From positions 40,300,001 through 40,364,000 of the forward strand of contig CM126203.1 in the NCBI GenBank assembly GCA_052327205.1: a DNA stretch of 64,000 nucleotides, read 5' to 3'. The notes beneath the pieces were generated by a model. It was not told the origin of the DNA. It ran no database searches and saw only the letters and a list, made by a program, of their open reading frames with translations. This document shows, in pieces, positions 1 through 10,870 of the stretch. Positions within the stretch are counted from its first letter, which is position 1, and each line of letters begins with the position of its first letter. The stretch is from Somniosus microcephalus. Lineage: Eukaryota. Position numbers and translations under genes: made by a program.

Positions 1-36
1 TTCTGCAGTGACTTAAACATTTTATAATGGGCTTTA

Positions 37-500
37 TAGATTCATAGAATTTAACAGGACAGAAGCAGGTAATTCGGCCCATCATGCGTCAGCTGCCTCT
101 CTGAAAGAGCGATCCATGTGGCCCTCTTCCCCACCCTTTTCCATGTACTTTTCTCATTTTCTCTTTTAAATAGTTATCCACTTTCCTTTAAAAGCTACTA
201 AGAATCTGCTTCCACCACTATTGCTGATAGCGTATACTATATCTTAACAACCTTCTGCATTAAAAAAAAAAAAATTTTTCCCTAACTTGTTTCCTGTTGT
301 TCTGGTGATGATAAATTTATGACTCTAGTTATGAACTCGCTAACCAATGGAAGTAGTTTAACCTTACTTGCCTTAACAAAACTCCTTACAATTCTGAACA
401 CCTTGATCAGATTTCCTCTTAATTTTCTGTGGGAAGAGCCTCAATTTCTGTGGTATCTCATAACTAAAGCTACTTGATCCCTTGTTAACTAGTCAACTTA
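37..500 (-). mobile_element. Old degraded CR1 LINE 3' end (continues at about 2600-3620)
   Basis: Reverse CR1 tail (catagaatttaacaggacagaagcagg...cggcccatc) followed by degenerate ORF2 C-terminal sequence. Confidence 0.6.
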
Positions 501-535
501 GTTTTGCAAGTTCAATCAATGATGGTAAGACAATA

Positions 536-1610
536 TACCTCCATTGGTTGGAATCATACCTAGTACAAAGGAAGTTGGCTGTGGTTGTTGGTCATTCATC
601 TCAATCACATGACATCACTGCAGGAGTTCCTCAGGGCAGGGTCCTAGGCCCAACCATCTTCAGCTGTTTCATCAATGACCTTCCCTCCATCATAAGGTCA
701 GAAGTGGGGATGTTCGCTGATGATTGCACACTGTTCAGCACCATTCGAGACTCGTCAGATACTGACGCAGTCAGTGTCCATATGCAGCAAGACCTGGACA
801 ACATTCAGACTTGGGCTGACAAGTGGCAAGTAACATTCGCACCACACAAGTGCCAGGCAATGACCATCTCCAACAAGCGAGACTCTAACCATCTCCCCAT
901 GACATTCAATGGCATTACCATCACTGAATCCCCCACTATCAACATCCTGGGGGGGGGTTACCATTGATCAGAAACTGAACTGGACCAGCCATATAAATAC
1001 TGTGGCTACAAGAGCAGGCCAGAGGCTGGGAATTCTGTGGCGAGTGTCTCACCTCCTGACTCCCCAAAGCCTTTCCACCATCAGTCAGGAGTGTGATGGA
1101 ATACTCTCCACTTGCCTGGATGAGTGCAGCTCCAACAACACTCAAGAAGCTCGACACCATTCAGGATAAAGCAGCCCGCTTGATTGGCACTCCATCCACC
1201 ACCTTCAACATTCACTCCCTCCACCACCGGCGCACTGTGGCTGCAATGTGTACCATCTACAAGATGCACTGCAGCAACTCGCCAAAGCTCCTTCAACAGC
1301 ACCTTCCAAACCCACAACCTCTACCACTTAGAAGGACAAGGGCAGCAGACGCATGGGAACATCACCACCTACAAGTTCCCCTCCAAGCCACACACCATCC
1401 TGACTTGGACCTGTATCGCCGTTCCTTCACTGTCGCTGGGCCAAAATCCTGGAACTCCCTTCCTAGCAGCATTGTGGGTGTACCTACACCATATGGACTG
1501 CAACGGTTCAAGAAGGCGGCTCACCACCGTCTTCTCAAGGGCAATTAGGGATGGGCACTAAATGCAGGCCTAGCCAGCGATGCCCACATCCCATCAATGA
1601 ATTAAAAAAA
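536..1610 (+). mobile_element. 5'-truncated CR1-group LINE (family A), RT C-terminal half plus 3'UTR
   Basis: GVPQGxVLGP and FADD RT motifs, frameshifted; tail ...gccagcgatgcccacatccca...aaaa shared with four other copies in the window. Confidence 0.92.
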
Positions 1611-1686
1611 AGTTTATTTACTCAAAGCATTAATATCGCAAATAAAGGAAAGTACTTGGAACCAAGTTTGCACGCTGGAGAAACAA

Positions 1687-2412
1687 TGGCCCGGATTTTG
1701 CGGTAAAAATAATGGTGAGGCTATCGGCGCTCACCTTTTATTAAAGAGTAAATCGGACAGCAACTTCCGGCGACTGCACATGCACAGTTAAATGCAGAAA
1801 TAGTTGCCAGAAGCTGCGTTGTCTCGCCCAGAGACTCTGCATTGAAAGGCATGCAACGTCTGGAGTTGCTGTACTTCCCCACTAGATACCCACTAAACAT
1901 GCCAGAAAACATTGGGGCTTGTCCATGCAAGTGTAAGTGAATTTTTACGGTGTGATGAGTCTTAATTACTGCCAATCAACCTCTCTGGCACTGAAAATTC
2001 AAGTGTGGAGTTTCATTACTTCAGATTTTAGTTCTTGTTGGAGATTTAAAATTTTTTTAATAATGTAAATTTTTTCTTACTTTTTCTTTGTCTTTTATCT
2101 CTCTCAATCCCATCTTTCATTCCCTCTCTTTATTTCGCTTTCTGTATATGATTTGACATTGAATTAACTATTCTAACTTACACTTCTTGGTTTAGACTCT
2201 TCATGCCTCAGTAAGAGTTCTTCAGTCTGATTGGTGTGTCTCCTTAATCATTGTTTCACCCGTTCACACAGGTCCCAAATCCCCAGTAGAGGGTGCCGTG
2301 CTGTTTTGGATTTCTAATCGCCGCATGTTCCACTGCAAAAGCCCACAAAGTCTGTGGGCAAGTGTAAGTGTAATGAACGGCGAGCGCTGTTTGTTCGCCA
2401 CTGACCAGACCA
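1687..2412 (+). mobile_element. Non-autonomous TIR element, about 730 bp (same family as 61193-61926)
   Basis: Starts TGGCCCGGATTTTGCGGT; colinear with 61193-61926 over its whole length; right TIR partly deleted. Confidence 0.8.
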
Positions 2413-2599
2413 ATGTATTTTGAGCCTCGGTTTTTAAGCTCAACCTTCCCTGGTTGATTCCAAATTCCTGTTACAAAATGCAGTATATATGCTTTAGTTA
2501 CTTAAGTTTCTTATCAAACTGCCCTTACATGGCATGGCAGCGTGACATAATCAACCCTGGTTCACATGCAACTTTACATTTTTGAGCAATAGTGTACAT

Positions 2600-3620
2600 G
2601 ATACAATGGTCCTTTGATATGGATGAAGCTACCTTTTGAATCTTCCTGTTATCCATCCTCCTGGATCCTAAAGATTTATTAGCTTGTCATCTCTCTTAAA
2701 GATTTATGTATTTATCCTCCAGGTCTCTCTGCTCTTTCTACACTGCGTTTTACCTTTTAATGATGCTTCCTCTTTCTCCCACTATATATCACAGCACATT
2801 TCTTTGCATTAAATTTCAATTGACAGCTGTCTGTCAATCTACTAACCTGTCTGACCTTGTGAATTTGCTTATAGTCCTCTTCACCGTTAACATGCTCCCT
2901 TTTCTGTCTCCTCTGCAAATTCTGGTGATGTTCCCCTTTATCCGAGTCCAGATCTCACCGTATTGAAAAAAAGTGGTGGTCTTAACACTGACCCCCCCCC
3001 TAGAGGATACCACTGTTTACATTCATTAATCACTCCTCTGTTTTCCATCCTTTAGCCAGATTCTATCCATGCAGCCACATTCCCTTTAATATACTATGTG
3101 TCTTCATTTTATCAGTCTCCTATGCAGGACTTTATCAAACGGCTTTTCAAAACGGATAAACACAACATTGATTGTTTTTCCTTTATCAATGCACTCAGTT
3201 GTTTCCTCCAAAGAGCTCTCAAGTATGTCAGACTTAACTACCTTTTACTTATCTGATCTATGCTGGCTACCCTTAATTAACCCGTGTCTTTCTCCGAGTA
3301 TTAATTTTATCTCCTATTATGGTCTTTAGAAGCTCACCCACTACTTATGTTAAGCTGACTATCTCCTTGTCTCCTTTTGAACAGAGGTGTTACATCGGCA
3401 ATTCATCAAATCATAGAAACTTACAGCACAGAAGGAGGACATTCAGCCCGTCGTGGCTGTGCTGGCTCTTTGAAAGAGCAGTCGCGCTTAGTCCTACACT
3501 CCCATTTTTTGTCTGTAACCCTAATTATGAAGGCCTCTAGCACAACTTTCATATCAAAGGGCGTTTGAAAGAGTAGTCAGAGCCTTTAGATTCCTCCTGG
3601 CATTCTAGGAAGCATGTCCT
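2600..3620 (-). mobile_element. Old degraded CR1 RT fragment with a short CR1-tail insertion at about 3410-3500
   Basis: Reverse-complement remnants of RT motifs (actttatcaaacggcttttcaaaa resembles DFxKAFDKV; ggataccactg resembles SGVP). Confidence 0.6.
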
Positions 3621-3656
3621 GGTGTGGAACTTTGAGTTACACTAACTTTTTGAGGA

Positions 3657-5082
3657 AACATAGAAGATAGGAGCAGGAGTAGGCCGTTCGGCCCCTCGAG
3701 CCTGTTCCGCCATTTAATGAGATCATGGCTGATCATCCAAATTCAGTACCCTGTCCCTGCCTTCTCCCCATATCCCTTGATCCCTTTAGCCTTAAGAAAT
3801 ATATCCAACTCCTTCTTGAATATATTTAATGAATTGGCCTCAACTGCCTTCTGTGGTAGAGAATTCCACAGATTCACCACTCTGGGTGAAGAAATTCCTC
3901 CTCATCTCAGTCCTAAATGACTTACTCCTTATCCTTAGACTGTGACCCCTGGTTCTGGACTCCCCTGCCATCGGGAACATCCTTCCTGCATCTAGTCTGT
4001 CTAGTCCTGTTAGAATTTTATAAGTTTCAATGAGATCCCCTCTCATTCTTCTAAACTCTAGCGAATACAAGCCCAATTGACCCAATCTCTCCTCATACGT
4101 CATTCCTGCCATCCCAGGTATCAGTCTGGTGAATCTTCGTTGCACTCCCTCCATGGCAAGAACATCCTTCCTCGGATAAGGCGACCAAAACTGCACACAA
4201 TACTCAAGGTGTGGTCTCACCAAGGCCCTGTACAACTGCAGCAAGACATCCTTGCTCCTGTACTTGAATCCTCTCGCTATGAAGCCCAACGTACCATTTG
4301 CCTTCGTAACCGCCTGCTGCGCCTGCATGCTTACCTTCAGTGACTGGTGCACAGACACACCCAGGTCTCATTGCACTTCCTCTTCTCCCAATCTATTGCC
4401 GTTCAGATAATAATCTGCCTTCCTGTTTTTGCCACCAGAGTGGATAACCTCGCATTTATCCACATTGGGCAGATGCATGGCCGCTGCTGTATAATCACCC
4501 AACCTGTCCAGATCATACTGGAGTTTCTCTGCATCCTCCTCACAGCACACACGCCCACCCAGCTTTGTGTGGTCTGCAAACTTGGCGATATTACATCTAG
4601 TTCCCTTGTCTAGATCATTAATATATATTGTGAATAGCTGGGGTCCAAGGACCGATCCCTGCGGTACCCCACTAGTCACTGCCTGCCACTCGGAAAAAGA
4701 CCTGTTTATTCCAACTCTTTGTTTCCTGTCTGCCAACCAGTTATCTATCCAAGTCAGTACCTTACCCCCAATCCCATGTGCTTTAACTTTGCATGCTAAT
4801 CTCTTATGCGGGACCTTATCAAAAGCCTTCTGAAAGTCCAAATACACCACATCCACTGGTTCTTCCTTATCTGTTCTACCAGTCACATCCTCAAAAAATT
4901 CCAGTAGATTAGTCAAGCATGATTTACCTTTTTGTAAATCCATGTTGACTTTGTCCGATCCTGTCGCTGTTTTCCAAGTGCTCTGCTATTACATCTTTTA
5001 TAATGGACTCTAGCATTTTCCCCACTACCAATGTCAGGCTTACCGGTCTAATTCCCCGTTTTCGCTCTCATACCTTTTTTAA
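3657..5082 (-). mobile_element. 5'-truncated CR1 LINE (family B), young
   Basis: ORFs 4368-4943 and 3840-4358 carry YLDFQKAFDKVPH, GVPQGSVLGP, FADH (dead YADD motif) and HLEYCVQFWSP; tail ...cttctatgtttc. Confidence 0.95.
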
Positions 5083-5944
5083 GTAGTACTCCTTTTATCT
5101 GTAGTTATCTTACCTAATTCTGTTCTCTTGTGCCCTTTCATCCCTACTATCCCACTTGTGTTTGTGGTGCACCAATTAGCTTGTATTGGTTGAACTCAGG
5201 CCTGGACCTCCAGGTGGATCCCACTTCTGTCAGACTGCGGATCAGTATGCCCCCTCTCTCTCTGCATACCAGCCCACCATTCTTCCACCAGGCCATGGAC
5301 GAGCAAACTCCCGGCCTGGGAGTCGCCTCCTGCTGGCGCTCCCCCCCCTCTCGCACTGCTGTCGGGTCAGTATAGCTGCTCTCACTCTGCATGCCAAACT
5401 CCTGGCCTGGGAGTCACTGCCTCTTGGCACCCCCCCCCCCCCCCCTCTCTTGCGCTGCTGTCCTTGTTTGCAGCAAGTAGAGGTTCTGCTCCAAATAAGA
5501 TCCTGTGGAAACTGGTGGGGAAGTTTAGGACCCAGGTCTAAATTCCAGCCCATCTGCTGGGCTTAAGTTTGAGTCAGCCTCCTAGACACCCATATTTTAC
5601 TGCCACTTTTGCATTTGTGCATCTGAAACATGAATTTGTGCATTGACCGAAAAGTGGCAGAATAATTAAATGAACAGTTTCACCTGGGTGCCTGTGATCG
5701 GGTTGTAAATATACCTGATTATGCATTGCAGGTTATAAGATATCATATGCCAGTAATATTTCTGCCTTCTATGGTTAAAAAAAAATTATACAGTTGGTAG
5801 CTATAAGTTCAAAGTGAATGCTGATGTTATCAGAATGTATCCGTGCTCACTGCTGGATGAGCCCCCCAGGTCCCATGTCTTCAGAAGTCTTGCGGTTCAT
5901 TTGAGAGCAGAGAGAATGAAGTTCACGGTAACCATGTTGTGCAG

Positions 5945-6022
5945 GTTATGTAACTAACTCATTCAGAACATGCAGACCAGTGTGTGGTAAACAGTTTCTT
6001 GGCATCTGTCTAACAATATAAG
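5945..6022 (+). promoter_or_regulatory. Perfect D-box GTTATGTAAC (5945-5954) and TATA-like TATAAG (6017-6022)
   Basis: Direct match to the PAR-bZIP/NFIL3 consensus RTTAYGTAAY, upstream of the candidate exon. Confidence 0.4.
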
Positions 6023-6237
6023 TGAGCCAGACAGCAGTGCATGCAGTGCAAATATTTGGCAGTAACACATTCTTCCTAGGAGACACATTAACTGATAGAG
6101 GATGATCATTAAAGGTTTACGCCCTGCTTACCTGCTCTTTGCTAACCAAACTTGTACAGTGACCTCTGCATGTTTTCAGAGACTGTTTTTAAATTAAAGA
6201 CAGAGCAGAACTGAAGCCCAGTCGTGTTGCGTTACTG

Positions 6238-6250
6238 ATGGATGATGTCG
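6238..6250 (+). CDS. NOCT: Candidate alternative NOCT first coding exon (ATG GAT GAT GTC G|gtcaga = MDDV, phase 1)
   Basis: The phase-1 donor fits exon 2 and gives MDDVVCSMG. It lies in a repeat-free island with a D-box and a TATA-like box upstream. Inference only. Confidence 0.45.
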
Positions 6251-6856
6251 GTCAGACATGTATACCTGAAAGATGTGGTGTTGATGAGAAATGCAGGACT
6301 TTAATGTACAGTACTAACAAAATGGTCATGGTTATCCTCCTTCCTGCTTCTCCCATCTTTATTTTAAAATATTCCAGACAGCTTTACATCCCGCTTTCCT
6401 AATGGTGACTGTATGGAATTTATTTTTAGTACAAGGAAAAATATACTTCATTCCTGGGGGCCCACTTGTCTGATAACATGTTACTGTGCATAGCAATTTT
6501 GTAACTTGGGATCCACTTGCTAGGATGATGTAATCTCAATAGAGTATGCAGAGTCCCATCAAGTGGCAGCTTACACTTTTGTCCGTGAACGTGAATGTTT
6601 TAATGAGCTCCCAATCTTTATGTTTGGAGGTTTTATTGTTTTGAGAAAAAAAAGGATTTGTTTAAGCATTTTATATAAAAACAAACCAGTAAGAGGACCA
6701 ATGGTTTTGCATTGCCATACTGTTCTAGGAATGTCTGCAACTTTTTCTTAGTCATGATCAGTAACCTTTTTCTTTGTTACCAGCTTGTATTTGCTTATGT
6801 CATTGTGATCTATGAACGATATGAGGATCCCCTTGATTTGTTGAAAGTTGAGCATT

Positions 6857-7185
6857 TTTTTTTCTTTGTTAATGGGATCTGGGCGTCTCTGGCAAGGCCA
6901 GCATTTATTGCCCATCCCTAGTTGCCCTTGAGAAGGTGGTGGTGAGCCGCCGCCTTGAACCGCTGCAGTCTTTGTGGTGCGTAGCGGCTTTGAGTGGCTT
7001 GCTAGGCCATTTCAGAGGGCAGTTAAGAGTCAACCACATTGCTGTGGGTCTGGAGTCACATATAGGCCAGACCAGGTAAGGACGGCAGATTTCCTTCCCG
7101 AAAGGACATGAGTGAAACCAGATGGGTGTTTACGACATTCCGATAGTTTCATGGCCACCATTACTGATGCTAGCTTTTTTTATTC
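6857..7185 (-). mobile_element. Short non-autonomous element carrying the family-A LINE 3' tail
   Basis: 6865-6980 is the reverse family-A tail, joined to about 200 bp of non-LINE body. Confidence 0.65.
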
Positions 7186-8609
7186 CAGATCTCTACAGTA
7201 TTGTGTAAATAATTGATCTGTTCATGGTACTGTAGTACCCGAATAGAGAGGTCTTGATATTTTAGGCCACATAATCTGTACAAGTATAGAATATTGTACA
7301 GAAGCTATTCAATATCATTATTTTCACTTGTCAGTGGAATAAACAGCAGTCAATTTTCTGTGACATTTTAAAATAAGCTTGCAAGAAATTACAACATGGA
7401 AACAGGTCATTGGGTCGTTGATGTTTATCCACCACAGTAGTCATAATCCCATGTTCCCCTTTCCTTCAGCCACTTATCTAACTTGTTCTTAAATGCATCA
7501 TGGTCCCTGTTTCAGTCACTCCACAGCCTCACAGCCCTCTGTAAATATTAAGTTTCTTCTGCTCTCTGTCTTCAGTCTCTTGCCTTTTAATCTTATTTTG
7601 AAATCCCGTTGTACAATACCCCTCAACCACTGGAAATGTTCTGTATCTTTCTACCCTGTCCCATCGCTTTTTATCATTTTAAACATCATAATTGCTCAGG
7701 CTATTATCGTACGTACTTGGAATAAATTCCTTATCACATGTGAGAATAATCATGATGGTATTATGCTGCAAGCTGTATTATAGCTTTTTATTATTCTGCA
7801 TATAAAAGTTTGAATCAATGTCCATTTCTTCCACAAGATCTTGCAGGACATCTGTGACTAGAAATTCCAATCGGCACTGTTTACATTTAAACGCTTAACG
7901 CACTGGTACTACATTCAGGTGTGTGCTATTTTTATATAAGTGTTAACCCATTTAATTCAAACAGCTGTAACAATAACACACTCAGGAATATAGTACATGT
8001 GTTAATCATTCATATGTGGACTTTGATTGGGAATTCTACCTTCCGTTATAGCGCTGTGTCAGTTTAGTACTTGTGTAGTGTTGGCAATGACTACTGGATA
8101 GGGTAACTCTGCTTGGGTTCTTGGCCATACAGCGACAGCATTGCTTGTGTAGTCTCTTATAACACCTTCATTAAAATCACTTGTACAATTTTGAGCTACC
8201 AAATTATCAAAATTAGTCCAATTTTGTTTATTAAATTGGAATTATCTTTCTGAATGTGGCCCATTGATCTACACTGTTAGCTGTAAATGTAAAGATTCTC
8301 TTTTCCCTCCCCCTCAAAAATTGTACTGAGTAGTTACATATTTAAAACATGCCGAGGGTAATGAGTGCCAAAAGCTGACAGTCGAAGAGGCTGATACTAA
8401 TGGCCTAGAACTGGAGCGTGGGCAGCAGATGTATACTGCACTAATGAGGAGCTGCTGAGTGGGTACATGAAGATTACAAAGATAAAACTGATAAGGAAAG
8501 CCATTTGGCTCATCCTTCCACAGAATCCTATGATTCTGCTTCCCCCCACCCCCCCCCCCCCCCCACCAACACAGTGTGGAAATGCTCCTTGAACAACTCG
8601 AGTTTTAAG

Positions 8610-9160
8610 TCAGCGGTTTTAGATCAGTAGGACAACGTGCTGTTGATCTGTGCAGAGATCAGACAAATTAATATTTTGGGTGCAAACCCTTCTTCAGAAC
8701 TGTAAGATTTTATAATTAAAGCTAGGTGTTGGAGTCCACAGCTGAAAGATGACCTTGTCTAAGAGAGAAGAGCAGAACCATCTTTTGTTTCTTAACCTGT
8801 CCCATTACCATCTCCTTTTGCCTTGAATATCTCTTAATCTCTCCCACTTTCCATCCTATCACAGACCTTCCCTTTTGTTCTTTCATCCCCTCCCCCATTT
8901 CCCAGCTCCTACACTTGCTTAAAAATCTGTTCCATTTCCTGCCTTTTTCCAGTTCTGACGAAAGGTCATCGCCCTGAAACGTTAACTCTGTTTCTCTCTT
9001 CACAGATGCTGCCTGACCTGCTGAGTATCTCCAGCGTTTTCTGTTTTTATTTCAGATGACATTGTCTGTTCCCTCCACAGATGCTGCCTGACCTGTGTGT
9101 TTCCAGCATTTTCTGTTTTTGTTTCTGATTTCCAGCATCTGCAGAATTTTGCTTTTTACT
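8610..9160. mobile_element. Penelope-like terminal-repeat fragments in head-to-head and tandem arrangement
   Basis: cacagatgctgcctgacctg...ccagcattttctgtttt occurs twice (9001-9160). The region is homologous to 36003-36322 reversed, and an inverted fragment lies at 8610-8700. Confidence 0.8.
8951..8987 (+). ncRNA. Minimal type I hammerhead ribozyme motif in a Penelope terminal repeat
   Basis: AGTT-CTGACGA-A-AGGTCATCGCCCT-GAAA-CG-TT-AACT: intact core, stem I AGTT/AACT, palindromic ACGT at the stem III position, one mismatch in stem II. Confidence 0.6.
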
Positions 9161-10579
9161 TGGAAGAACGATTTACACTGTGGCGCTGACCGCAGATGAT
9201 GTTGACAAAGTCTTGAATTTCAGCTGGTGGCTTGGGTATAAAATAACAACACTGAATCTGAAATTTTGCTATTCGATTCAAAATGTCCTGCAAACACCAC
9301 AGGAGAGCAGCCGGGTGATTTGGTAATTCACTGTGCGTGTGCCTGCGGTGATGTAATGTAATAGTTCTCAGTGTACGGTAGTTATAAGCGATTCATCAAA
9401 TGAAACTTGTTAAGTAACTCATCTCATCAGACACTGGATTTGTATGCAAAATGGACGATCTAGGAACTAGGGATCTATGCTGATTTATTTCAATAGCTTT
9501 TGCAATGTGTTTTTATTCATGTGATGTCCCGTTAAAAGACCTTTTTGATTGTTTTAGTCATGGTGATGCTTGTTACATAATTGTGGGCTGCGTATAGTGA
9601 CACCACTATTCCCAACCAGAATGGAGATGATTGGGTAATTCCCCCATCAATCATGCCTGGAGAACGCACTGCTGTAAGTGACTGGGATTGATTTTATGCA
9701 CATAATTTGTATTGTGCAACTATCCTCCACTCACTGCATTTTGCTGGAGCAATCACCCTGCTTTTATCGGGAGAAGATGCTGCAGTTTCGGTCATGAGTT
9801 CTGTTTGTTGTAGTTCAGAGACTCTTTTATTAATTGACTCTGTAAATAGACTTTGTTTGCTGAATAAGTAGACTGCTGTAAGTCCTGCCCCGCCTCCAAC
9901 TCATTGGCTGACACTGGTGTCAATAGACACTCCTAATTGGTAGAATGATACAGCGCAGAAGGAGGCCATTTGGCCCATCATGCCTGTGCCGGAATTGTGT
10001 TGGCGTATTTCAAGGATTTCAATTAACACCTGATAAATTAGAAACAAGAACCGAGAATGCTGGAGAGACTCGGCAGGCTAGGCAGCATCTGGTGATCGAA
10101 CACAAATCACTGGATGAGTTGGGTATTGAACTCTTCTGCAGAGCTGTAAGATGCTGCAGATGAACAGCATTTAAAAAGGAGAACAAGGGAATGGTGGAGG
10201 GGGAAAGAAAAAAACACCACACACAGGAACGGAATGAAATGAGCTGTAAAGTGCTCAGGCAGAGAAAGGTCATTCTATTTCCTATTTATATAGTTGGTAA
10301 GAATTATGAGGATTACCGTGTAAATGATGATTGTCGTCATTTGCCACCTAACTTCTTGTTCCCAGGAATCTAATGTAAACTGAAGGTGTGAGCTTGTTTT
10401 GTTTGCAGAGCTGTGAAATTTTACAGTGAATCCTAAGTTTTGCTTTTGTTTGTCTGACAGGTTAGAAATAAGAGGAAAGTTGTAGAATGTGTTTCAATGA
10501 TTGAATTAGCTTTCGAATGTGTTCAAAATGTCACAGGAATGTTTACCCATTATGCTAATCTAAACAAATTATTGAATGG

Positions 10580-10870
10580 GAAGAAAAGCAAGAGCTTGCA
10601 TTTATAGCACCTTTTACAACCTCAACAACAGCAGCTTGTATTTATATAGCGCCTTTAACATAGTAAAACATCCCAAGGCACTTGCTTCACAGGATTATTA
10701 TAAGACAAAAAACAACCTCAGGACCTCCCAAAGCACTACACAGTCATTAAATTACTTCTGAAGTGTGGTCACTGTTGTAGGGGATGAATCTGGATTTACG
10801 TAGAGCTGTACCACATTTTTCAGTGGCTTACATCCAATGAATTAGTTTTTGAAGTGTAGCCGTTTTTGTT
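10580..10870 (-). mobile_element. Stacked 3' tail fragments of tRNA-Deu/L2 SINEs
   Basis: Repeated cttgcatttatagcacc / cttgtatttatatagcgcc and ttttgaagtgtagcc/gtcactgttgta segments. Confidence 0.65.

Noticed and set aside
5130-5566. GC-rich overlapping ORFs as a possible NOCT exon 1
   Set aside because: No resemblance to a NOCT targeting peptide and no suitable donor; the block ends in a MITE-like terminus (aaattccagccca) and is probably a repeat fragment.
5916-5945. ATG AAG TTC ACG|gtaacc as an alternative first exon
   Set aside because: The available donors are phase 0 or 2; exon 2 needs phase 1.
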